NCBI RefSeq assembly: GCF_009914755.1
Contig: NC_060948.1
Strand: one strand, 5' to 3'
DNA from: the human T2T-CHM13v2.0 reference genome, Homo sapiens
Length of the DNA: 64,000 nt
Positions 29,325 through 42,574 of this stretch are shown here, piece by piece. Each line of letters begins with the position of its first letter. Within the stretch, counting starts at the first letter, position 1. The notes under the pieces were generated by a model. That model was not told where the DNA came from, made no database searches, and worked only from the letters and a program-made list of their open reading frames with translations. Both the position numbers and the translations under genes were made by a program.

Positions 29325-29980
29325 CTTCCCTTACCTGGTGAAAATGCCCTGTAGCATAATAATTTACTGTTATAACATCAACCCTCTTGCATGCTAAAGC
29401 TTTTATATAACCAGAAAACATGCACTGAAAATTACAATTGAAATCCCTTAAAAGTGTTTAAATGGCCCACCAGCTGACCAAGTGTACCTAAAATTTTGTT
29501 TTCCCAGGAATATGGGACCAAACATTGGATACAAGATATTTTAGTAATTTGTTAAGTTACCACACAAATGTATTCAATTTGGATTATTTTATCTTTTCCA
29601 TGATGAGTCATGGAATGCAGAATTTTTAATAATAAAGGCTTTAAAGACTTGGGAAGGACAAGGTGGCCATCCTGCTGGTTCTCCATGAGTCCATGCCTAA
29701 TTAATATTACTGCCTCTTGAATACCAGTTGATTTTCCAAATTAGGTGCATAGCACTGATAACAAATGGGTTTATCATTAGCACTGATAACTAATGGGTTA
29801 TCATAGGTAACGCAACTTGAGACTGTGGAGTTTATTCAAATTGTATATTTAAACAATTTCAGTATCAGCTGGTTTAACATGAAAATCTGACAAGGTAGTT
29901 TCTTGGTATTTAATTTTTTGTTCTTGGGTTAGTAGGTTTATATAAGAAAATTTGGTTATTCTGTGATTTAAAATAACTTA

Positions 29981-30288
<308 letters not shown>

Positions 30289-32924
30289 CGGAATAACCAT
30301 AATTATAATGGATAGCATATATTTAGACATTAGAATTTTAGAAATCCCATACAATTTTGGAATGTATATTAGTCTTATTCACCAAAATATAAAATAAAGA
30401 TTGAACATCATTTTGATGATCCCAAGTAACTAAGCATGTCAAGTAATCCTGTTAATCTCTCTTCTGGATGCTTTCAGGGGCCCTCTCTCTGATCCATCCA
30501 AAAAGCCAGGCATTAGGAAAGACATTGAAACTGAAGTTAGATTTTTGAATTTCAGATTACCATAAATTATGTATTTTGCCAAAATCATGACTCGGAAATT
30601 TTAAAGAAGTGAAAACCTTTCATATAACCTTTTATTTAAAAAAAAATTATACTGTTCTTACACACCTTGCATGTAAAACTGTTTCTAGCAGTCTTAATTG
30701 CATGTTACAATGTTGATTCTTAGCAATTTAATTTTAACATAAAACCTGTTATGTTAATTATGTGCTAGGTGTTGATAAGATCTGATTGTTTCCAGCATAG
30801 CTAGGGGTGTGGCCAACTCCACATGTCCCCAGGACTTACCTAGCTGGAAAGCAGGCAAGTTAAACAATTCTCAAAAGACAAAGAAGCAGCTTATAAACTT
30901 AAAGCATTTAGCAAACCTAATATTTGGACATAATTTAGACCACATGTTTACATTTTGAAGACATTTGTATTTTACCAATAACCTTTAAAACTGTTTATAA
31001 GATTAGTAAAGTTATGTGAACTAAAAGGCATTACACTTTTTACTTACTTAAAACAAAATATTTGATTTAAGTTCATTATTAAACGAATTAATTAAAGCTC
31101 TTTTTAGTAATTAAAACATTACAGAGGAGATAAACAATGACTTTGGTTTGCACAGAGAGAAAGAGACCAGAACTGTCAAACTGACTGGTAAGAAATTCTT
31201 ACTTCAAATTCTATTTACAAAAGTACATTCAACATGCTTAAAGTATCAAGAAGCCTAAAACCCAAAAAATTAGCTTAAGGTTAAAAGGCTAGTGTGCTCC
31301 ATTAACTCCTGTAAGCCTGACCAAGATAGCTTAGGAATTCCAGATAAACGGTACAAAGGGTGACTTGATAGAAATGCATAGGAAACAAAAATAACTATTC
31401 ACAGAACCAAATAAGAGCCTTCCACTAGAACCTAAAAGAAAATCATGGTTATATATGTATAAATATGCATGCATAAGCAAAATCTGAAGGAAACAGCAAA
31501 CAAATGAAAACTAGAAGCAAAAACAAATAAACAGAAAATCAACCTGAAGTTTTTGTATTTAATCTTCTCTGGAGGCTACAGTGTTACCCAGAACCCCCTC
31601 AAAAAACTATGCATAATATTTTATTCCTGATACACAATTCAATGTCCTTAAGTTTATTAAGATCATCATCCATCCTGTGCAATTCAGAAATTCACTGTAA
31701 ACACATTTTTAAGAGTTAAAAAAAAAGGGAAGAAACATGAAATGCAATTTAACAGTGAAAGACAGTTTTTTTTTTTGTTTTTTTTTTAGACAAAACTTGA
31801 GAGGGGCTTCTAGCTAATTTCAGTCAGGAGCACTTTCTCTTACAAACTGTATGAGTATATATTGGTTTTAGGCTGAGGGAGTTTATTACAAGTTTGGAAT
31901 GTTTCTATATGGGGGAGAAGTTTATGGAAGGTTTGGAATATCTCTGGGAGGAGGGGAGGTTATCTTGGGGCTGACATCTTTCTGGCAGTAGGGGGTTATC
32001 TCTGGGCTAGTGTGTCTCTGGATGGGGAGGAGTTTGTAATGTTTCTTGTTGGAGATGTTATTTGTGGTTTAGGGTCATGCTGACTTTTGCCATTAGGCTG
32101 CTGTCCTTTGGATTTAGGCTGTTTTTTGATTAAGATGAATTTTAAAATGAGGTGCTTGTTCATGATGGCAATACTCCTGTTCTGTCAACATGACCAATAA
32201 GGACTCCAGTACTGGCACTATCCACATAAAATAGTAAACATAGTGTGAAGCAATGCAAGCATGTATGTTGAAACTTGGCTCCACACTAAATCCAGCTTCA
32301 GGCTTAACTGTATGTAAAAAAAAAAAAGAACTGTCAAATTGCCAGTGCATTTTTTACAATACTTCTTACTTTGCTTTAATCAAGATGAAGAGCTTTAGCT
32401 ATGAAAATGTTAATTAGCCAAATGTGTCCAATTCTTTATCAGGTTTTAAAGAATATTTTATAATATAATTTTTCCACATTTTTCTCACCTACTGAATGGT
32501 TCATTACCACATTGTTTCAAGAATAACCTTTTCAAATCTGTAATCTGAACTACCTTTTGGATAACTACTGAAATAGACAAAATTTTTTTGTTTGTTTTTG
32601 TCTCTTTGGAGTCTGGGGAGGTACTAATAACATAATCCTAATAACATAACCTTTTCCGGCACATTTTGTATACAGAATTACATGTTAACTAGAATTCTTA
32701 TGAAACCCTAAAATGTAAGAAATTCTGAACTATCAGATATGGACATTTACAGATAAGAACAATTCCACAATTTTAGAACATATTTCCCTACACTACAACC
32801 CTTTCTTAATTGGAAATGACGCAGATATGAAATGAGCATCGGAAATAACTTTTAAGATTTTAATTTACAGAAAGGGTTTACCTAAAACATTTATTCCATT
32901 CATTGTACTCAATTGTTACACTTT

Positions 32925-33191
32925 ATTAATTATTATTATTATTATTTTTGAGACAGTCTCGCTGTGTCTCCCAGGCTGCAGTTCAGTGGTGTAATCTCGG
33001 TTCACTACAACTTCTGCCTCCTAGGTTCAAGTGATTCCCCCGCCTCAGCCACCCAAGTAGCTGTGATTACAGGTGTCTGCCACCACACCAGGCTAATTTT
33101 TTGTATTTTCAGTAGAGATGGGATTTCACCTTATTAGACAAGATGGTCTCCATCTCCTGACCTTGTGACCTGCCCACATTGGCCTCCCAAA
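32925..33191 (-). mobile_element. Alu, 5'-truncated, (TTA)n tail
   Basis: Ends at ggcctcccaaa, directly abutting an LTR fragment. Confidence 0.9.
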
Positions 33192-33204
33192 TGTGACATT
33201 TTGA

Positions 33205-33514
33205 ACAAGAGAGACATGATACATCAATTAACACACGTAAAATGAAATTGGTTCCATGTGGAAAGGTAGGGCAACTCAAAGTGGGGAGGGGGGTTGGGAA
33301 CTTCCAGGTCACAGATAGGTGGGAAACAAACGGTAGCATTTTTTTGAGTTTCTGATAAGCCTTTCTGAGGTAGGCAGTCGGATATGCATTTATCTTAATG
33401 AGCAGAGGGGTGAGTTTGAATACAATAGAAGGCAGGTTGGCCATAAGCATTCCCAGCTTGAATTTTCTCTTCAGCTTAGTGATTTTGGGGAGCGCAAAAT
33501 ATTTTCCTTTCATA
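33205..33514 (-). mobile_element. MER4-family LTR fragment
   Basis: Reverse complement begins tgaaaggaaaatattttg...aaaatcactaagctgaagagaaaattcaagctgggaa; similar to 35207+. Confidence 0.75.
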
Positions 33515-34429
33515 AGTTACTCTCATTCATCAACAGAAAGCATGCAAACCAAGATAATTTTGTTTTGGCTGAGTTTATAGTTTTATAACCTTCTGTGCCA
33601 AACACTGACATGTTAAAATAGCTAGCAAAGACAAACATAAAATTCAGACAAAATGTATGCTGACAATTCAGAAGGCATTTCTATTTTTATTCTAAAATAA
33701 TTTTTAAAATTAGTTTAAATAATTTTAAAGCCACCTTGTTCAGTAAAGTTATATTTGAGTCACATGAACTTGAAAATTGCTTATACTTATTTACTTAATT
33801 TATGAGCACTCTTAGTTATAAGCCAATTTGGTAGACACACCATATGACAATAAGTGTACATATAAATTAACACATTAGACCTGTATACACACACATAAAC
33901 AAAGATCCAATAGCTTAGAACATCAGCCATGAGATAGCAACATAAGCTTGCTGATTTTAGCCTGTTTGCCTGAACAGATAATTCAGTGAAGTCTGTGAAC
34001 CAAAATTTCTGCTGAAGGAGTCTCCATGGCAGATTTTTAAAGGCCAAACCTCCCCCGACTCCAAAGGGTACTGGGGCCAAACAGCACTAAATGAGAGTGT
34101 CACACATTAACCAGGCCCCTTGCTTAAGACAGCAGTACAAAAACCTGGATACATGCAATGTCATCCCACTTTCCCATTCAACTGCAAACTCCAGGTTCCA
34201 AACAATATTCGGGACAAGCAGTATGGCAATTCAGAGAAAATTCTAAGGAGGGCTTAGTACTAGACCTCAGAACCCCTGCCAAGGGCCTCTCCTTTGGAGA
34301 GGGTGAGGTCTGAAGAATTCCCCTACCTGTGCATCCCCCAATCTTAGAGTCAGATGTCTCTGACCTTAGGAGTGTACAAGTGCCAGTTGCATGTTTTCCC
34401 TCCAGAGGGAGGGAGGAAGAGTTTTTATT

Positions 34430-34955
34430 TCTACAAGCGGTTACAGGGAGAAGGCCTGGAAATTATTGCCAGGCCGACTCAAAATTACAAAGTTTTCCAG
34501 AGCTTCTATAGCTTCTAAGCTCTATATCTACATGTAAGTGTGCATTCATCTAAAGACATATGTGAATACTTCTTTTAATCTACAAGCAAGGTCTGAGTCC
34601 TGAAGACTTTCCTCTGGAGTCTCCGTAAATTTGCTTAATCTCAGTGGGTGCAGGTGCTGGGATGATTATACTTGTCACCTGCTAAATCATAAAGGTTTGA
34701 GAAGTTCCTTCAGACCCCCTAAGAAACTTTTTTGTGAAGGCCTGAAGAGTTTCTTCAGATCCCCAGTAAAACTTGTTTAATCATGCTTTTAAGGTTCAGG
34801 AAAGGCCTGGGGAAAACTCTTGGTGGACTTTTGTTGCATTCCAGCCTTTGTATAAGGACACTGGCTTTTTCAGCTTTTAATATTTAACTTAACCCATCAG
34901 TCAGTGCTGAAACAGTTGTTATAGAGGCCTGTGTTAGTGAGACCTGGCCTGCCAC
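34430..34955 (-). mobile_element. ERV1 LTR (MER39-like)
   Basis: Reverse complement begins tgtggcaggccaggtctcactaacacaggcctctataacaactgtttcagcactgactga. Confidence 0.65.
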
Positions 34956-35332
34956 ATTACCACATCCCTTAGCCTGTTTGGCTAAGGCTCTTTCAACACA
35001 CTTAGGCCATGTGAAAAGTGAAAACGCATGCCTGGCACAGAATAAGTGCTCAGTAAACACATCAATTTGCTTACTGTTTGGAAGGAAGCTTTATCACCCA
35101 ATCCCTGATTTAAGGTAGGAGTGTATATTGCCAAGTAGTTTGTTACATTTTCTTACACCTTGATTATTTTGAAATTATGCATATGGCACTACTCAACTAA
35201 GAGAGTGTGAAAGGAAAAATAAATGTTGGAACCCCCAAATCACTACGAGGCCAAAGAGAAAAGTCAAGCTGGGAACTGTGGCAGGCAAACCTGAGATGAG
35301 AATAAGACAAAGCTAAAAAAAAAAGCTACATA

Positions 35333-35947
<615 letters not shown>

Positions 35948-36765
35948 ACTATGAGCTTTCATTTTTGTCACTGCAGGAAAGGCTTGACTGCTGGCATCCT
36001 TATAATTTGATAAGGCCATGATTTCCCATGCTTCCCATTCCATGAACGTTAATGATAGGAACTGGAAGCTGGGTTCGTTTTTTGTTCTTAGCCAGTTGAG
36101 TAGGATAACGGGAGAATAAGAAAAGAAGGTTTACATCTCCTGCAACATTTGCAAGTCTACTCTGAGCTGCATCACACATAGGAATCAGGGACCACACCTG
36201 GAACAGATTAAAAAAAAAAAAAAGGTCCTTCCCCCTTCTGGACAGGACAATTATTCCTATTCACTCCTTGGCATTCAGGTAACACAAGAGAGTGATCCTA
36301 GCTAATTGCCCTCAATTTCCAAGGAACTACAGGGAAACAGCCACTGAAAGACCAAAAAAGAAAAGAAAAAAAAAATTATAAAAGACCCAGATACCTTAAA
36401 CAAACTGAGCAGTGGTGATTTGGTGCCTCCACACGGAAACTCCTAGATTCACTGCCCACAGCCAGAAACCTGCAGTTGCCTCTGTGTTTAGGCACTGCCC
36501 ACCAAGGGTCTCAAATTGGAAAGCGCAGAGGTTCTACGCCCAGCCATGCACCTCAAGATCTTTACTCCAAAGCAGTTCTGTTTAATTTCACCCTGGCGAC
36601 CTACATTGGTAGCTCATCTTCACAGGTGCAAGACAGAAAGTCCTCCATGTGCACATCTGCAACAAATGCCTATCTCATTGTTTCCTCTGCTACACTGTTT
36701 ATGTAAAAATACAGACTCACTGAGCCAGACTATGAAAGTAATTGACTATTCCTCTACCCTTCCTG

Positions 36766-36998
36766 TTTTTTTTTTTTTTTTTTGACAGAGTTTCCAAAGC
36801 GATTCTCCTGCCTCAGCCTCCTGAGTAGCTGGGATTACAGGCATGTGCCAACACGCCCAGATAATTTTTGCATTTTTAGTAGAAACAGGGTTTCTCCATG
36901 TTGGTCAGGCTGGTCTTGAACTCCCAACCTCAGGTGATCCATCTGCCTCAGCTTCCAAAAGTGCTGGGATTACAGGTGTGAGCTGCCACACCCGGCCT
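36766..36998 (-). mobile_element. Alu (AluSp-like) with large right-arm deletion
   Basis: gacagagtttcc joins directly to aagcgattctcc; TSD ctctacc.ttcctgtt. Confidence 0.9.
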
Positions 36999-37199
36999 CT
37001 ACCTTTCCTGTTACAGTTAAATTGTGTATTTAGTGAAAGGCTGATCAGAGACCCAAAATAATGCAACCATTTGTCTCTTACGACATCAAACTCTACCTTC
37101 CCACTGCCCCAGCCCCCCACCAAGCCACCCCAATGTCCTGCACCATGTACATCTTACATCTTGCCTTCCTAAAATGTATGAAACCAACCTGTGCACTGG

Positions 37200-37201
<2 letters not shown>

Positions 37202-37247
<46 letters not shown>
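37202..37247. repeat. (GA)23 perfect microsatellite
   Basis: Directly visible. Confidence 0.98.
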
Positions 37248-37250
<3 letters not shown>

Positions 37251-37401
37251 ACCAGAAAGGAACACAAGGAAACTTTTGGAGGTGATGGAGATGTTCATTA
37301 CCTCGATTGTGATGGTGGTATCGTGGATTTACGCCTATGTCCATACTCATCAAATTGTACACATTAAGGAAGTGCAGCTTCATTTGACTGGTTGTTTTTT
37401 T

Positions 37402-37719
<318 letters not shown>

Positions 37720-38329
37720 GGCTGGTTGTTTTTTGTATATCAATTCTGTCAGGCGGACGCGCGTGAAAAATTCCAATGGAAGCTGTGACCACACACACGC
37801 CTGCGCAGTACAACTTACATAGCGGACTTCACTCTCTTAAAAGTGAATTGTTTTGCAGGTTTTACGACATGGACAGAGCTGTGCAGCCATCATCACGAGC
37901 TAATCCAAAGCAAGGTATTCGACTTAAAATTCAAATGCCATGAAACCTATCCTTTCAATGTTTACGGTACAGACGATTTTAGTACTTTCCCAAACCTATG
38001 AAATTGGCCCCAATCCTGAACAAGGAATGATTTGTCTCTGAAACAAATCATGATTTTGCAATCACAGCATGTCACAGTCACAAGGAATCATATAGGTTAT
38101 TTCTCACGATTGGCATTTTTTTTTAAGGCTCCTAAATCGTGCTGTTTCAGGACTTTTGCTAAATATTTTGAAGGTCGGCGAAAGATAAGTTTAAGAGTGT
38201 AAACTGCGTCCTCCCAGCTCAGCCAACTTGACGGGGGGTAGGCACAACAAAAAGTCCTGCGGCATAACTGACACCTGTAAATCAGTATCAGAAACTGAAA
38301 ATGCTAAGAAATTCAGTTCCAGGATATGA

Positions 38330-38445
38330 ACTCTACAGCGGAAGAATAAGAAACCGGAACTAAACTTCTCACTCATCTGACTTCCTGCGGTTTACGACAA
38401 CAGACTTTGGTTGCACCGGAAAAGAACAGATTCTCTTCCGTCGCA
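38330..38445 (+). promoter_or_regulatory. RPS4Y1: RPS4Y1 core promoter: TATA-less, ETS/GABP-type sites, TCT initiator / 5'TOP
   Basis: gcggaag 38338-38344, ccggaa 38354-38359, acttcctg 38380-38387, ccggaa 38416-38421; pyrimidine tract ttctcttcc 38431-38439 (predicted +1 C at 38433); local CpG enrichment about 38150-39050. Confidence 0.88.
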
Positions 38446-38455
38446 GAGTTTCGCC

Positions 38456-38458
38456 ATG
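38456..38458 (+). CDS. RPS4Y1: RPS4Y1 exon 1 coding part (ATG only)
   Basis: tcgccATG|gtaaga: Kozak context and strong donor, as typical for ribosomal protein genes. Confidence 0.96.
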
Positions 38459-38977
38459 GTAAGACCGATAGTTCCTAACTCCTAGTATATCTGCCTCCAT
38501 CATTTGAAAAAGGGCCGTTCTACCTTGGCGATGTTTCACTTTTCGGTCGCCCCTACTTGGTGGGTGGGAATGCTGCTGGTGCTGCTTCAGGAAACCCGAT
38601 TTGGAGAGGGGAGGTCTGAGAAGAGTGTGTCTCGTTGTGCTCGGTCTGGGGGCCGTCACGTGAGTCCATCCTTGACGCAGCCCGGCAGTGGCTTTTTACC
38701 CGGATTAGCTTATTTTCACACGTTGAAGCAGCCTCAGATTCGCTTGGAGAGCACTGTGGACGCTCTCTTGACGGATGCTAGGGAGACCCGCCAAGTTTTC
38801 AAAGGTCTGTGCTTTGCGTGGTCTCTTCTGGGGTCTGGCAGGAAGTAATATTTGTTCAAAACGGGGCTTGAGTATGGGCTGGGCGATCTTTTCTCCTTGA
38901 GTCAGGTATTACCCGTTAGCAGTTCCTACAGCTGAAGATGAGGGCATTTCACTGTCAGCGGAAACTAATTTCTCTGA

Positions 38978-39115
<138 letters not shown>

Positions 39116-40883
39116 TAGTCAAGAGTGCATGCTAAATACCTGTGGCTCGGTATTTCTTGGGGGCGGCGTTTGCTTGTTTGTTATGTGGGATTTTCGTTGG
39201 TAAAGACTTCCCGCACCCTGAACTTGTCCTTGCACTTTTCTGTGCAACAAAGGGCCAGGATGTCACGTCCCGATGGTTTCCTTTGCTCTTTTAGCTCGCC
39301 ACTTCAGAGGGCACTTCCTGAGCCCAGAGCTGGGTGGGTTAATGAATGTGTCCAATTCCACATAAGAAAGGAGTTCAGTGACAGTCCGCTGAGTCCCCCA
39401 TTAATAATCAAATGCGTTTAATTTAAAGTTACCCCTTGTTTTAGAGGGTGGAGTAGCTGCTTTTTACGTTGAGCCCGAGTTACTGGTTTAATAGTAAAGG
39501 CTACAGGAGCCCACGAAACAAGGGCAAGAAGTTGTGTGAGAAAGTCTGGAGGCTCTTGAACCCAACCTTGAAGACCTGGCAGGATGAGGGCAGTATACTC
39601 AGAGGCACAGTAGGCAAGCATCTCACAAGGAGACTAGGCAATTTCCACATTGATGGTGTGGTCACACTAGGAGAGAGTGGTTAAAACTGTAAAGTCTTGG
39701 TCTTCTGAGACAGAGAGGAGCCAGTGTGAAGAAGACAGAATCGAGGCGCTTAAGATGCCAAGGGTTTTTTGAGCAGGAATAAATGTGGTAAGAGACTATA
39801 TTTAGCTCTGAGGGTCTCCATTTAGGAGGCACTTAGTAACTAACTTGATTTGGCCTCTTCTTGGTACAGTTTGAACTCTGAACACTGAGTAGTAGAAACT
39901 TGTCTTCCTTGTTCTGATATTTTCAGAGAGAACATAGGCAGTGTGTTGGCTGGGGACCTGGATTTGCAACCTGTCCCTGTCAGTTTCTGCTTCCAAGTGC
40001 TACCTCTGCTACTGTCACCTACTATTTGACCTCCCTGGATGGGCCATTGTTTTCTCTATTGTTAAGTGGATGAGCAAGGCACTCTTTAAGAAGACTTGCT
40101 GGGAACTTGGTCCCTTAGTCTTGTGGGTTCCTCTCCTTTTCCCTGTGACATTGATGAAAGTGTGTGGTTAATGATCGCGAGTCCGTTTTAAGAGAGACAA
40201 AGCTAGAGAGGGATCTGTAGAAGCAGCTTGAACGGTCTCCATTGGAAGAGATTCTTGTGTGATCCAAACTTAAAAGGTAATTGGGGAGTGGTGTTCAAGA
40301 CAGACCTTGAGACTTTTATATGTACTGGTAGCAGATATCCTAAGGACAGTATAACACCAAAACTGCGAGAGTATAGGTTACAGGATTTGTTGCGGTGTGA
40401 ATTTGATGACACTTAAGCCGGCAAGCAGCCAAGAGAGGAGGAACGCACATTGGGTATTACAGGGTGGTCCTGCAACATCGGCAGGGCTTGTGTGGAACTT
40501 TGAAGCCTGGCATGGTGAGAGAGTAGTAGAATATGTCTTCATAAGGTTTTGGGTAAAGCGTAAGCTACACTTGAGATACATGGGATGTAGTGTTGTGTTC
40601 AAGGGAGGTTTGAAGAAGGAGTATGAGTGGCAGTGGTGCTTGGGGCAGGGCAAAATGGGGAGATGGTTGTGAGGCTAGATTTGGGGAAGGAAGGGGCACA
40701 AAATGAGATTTCCATGGTTGGGGATATGACCTTCCTAACAAGACAGACCTCTAAACTAATAAAATAATTGCCCTCTTGTATTCCTCTTCCCCACAACAAG
40801 TTAAGTTCAGCTGAACTTATGCAGAACTAAAGTACGTCATCTGCTCAATCTGGTTACATAAGGAGTGGATCTTCTTAGATTAG

Positions 40884-41486
<603 letters not shown>

Positions 41487-42476
41487 TAGAAGCTGTGTTA
41501 GTGTTGAGGTCTTCATAGGTCAAGGTTGAAGCTTAGCCAAGAAGAGGGCTCAGAGGAAACTGGCTAACGATTGGTCAAGGAGAGAATCTTTGTCAGTGAA
41601 CAGGGTTTTGGCTCTGTCTTCCCACTTCGTTGATGACTTAACTATTCTGGATCTCCAAGGATGGATTTGCAGCTTTTTTTGGCGGGGAGGGTGGAGGAGG
41701 GGCAGAAGGGTCACACACCTCTAGGGAAAAAGTGTACCAAGAGGGAAGGTAGGGAAAGGTAAGGAATTCTGACCTAGTGCTTTGTTCACCCTTTTCATGG
41801 TGAAAGGCTCAGTACAGCTTTTTAGCCTAGCATTGTCCAGAAAGCAGGGGGATGATTACTTTGTCAGGTGTGGATGCTACCGAGTGGATGGGGTTCCAGG
41901 CCGGACATTCCTAGGATCCAGCCACTGAGTTAGAAAAGACAGACCTTCCTTTTCTTACTTTCCTTCCTTCCTCTTTTTTTTTTTTAGCATTTTGCTTTGT
42001 TTCTCAAAACCCCAAATCCTGAGTGAGGCAGGACTCCTGATAAGCGAAGTCATGGAGGGCGTAAATGGGGCCAGGACATTGATTGGGCAGCCTGCTGAGC
42101 CTGGAGCCTTGCTTGCTTAAATGTGAGGTCTGCTTGTTCATTTGGTTTCCTGGTATTTGTGGGTGTGCTCATGTATGTTTTCTCCTCAGGATCCTGAGTG
42201 CGTTAACCCAGCACACAGTCTCAAGCAGCTATTGCACAAGAACATAGGAAGCAATAGAGCAGCCATAAATGTATTCACTTTCTTTTGTTGGATGACATGT
42301 ATTGGGAGAGGAGCAGGGGTTGGTTGGTTTCATTCAAGCACCTCCGCCAAGCCCTGGGGACTCCTAGGCTGCTAAAACGTTCTCAGGTTCAACCTGGCAT
42401 AGAGTGTTCCTGCTGTGCAGGCAAAAGAAACTTTGTGTTTGTGTTAACGATGTTCCTTATACCCTTTTGTGATCAG

Positions 42477-42574
42477 ATGTCATCAGCATCGAGAAGACAG
42501 GTGAACATTTCCGCCTGGTCTATGACACCAAGGGCCGTTTTGCTGTTCACCGCATCACAGTGGAAGAGGCAAAG
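42477..42574 (+). CDS. RPS4Y1: RPS4Y1 exon 4 ([33 protein letters not shown])
   Basis: gatcag|AT...AAG|gtatgt; 98 nt. Confidence 0.98.

Noticed and set aside
38504-38848. 114-aa ORF in intron 1
   Set aside because: Starts at TTG, has no recognisable homology, and is expected by chance in GC-richer sequence.
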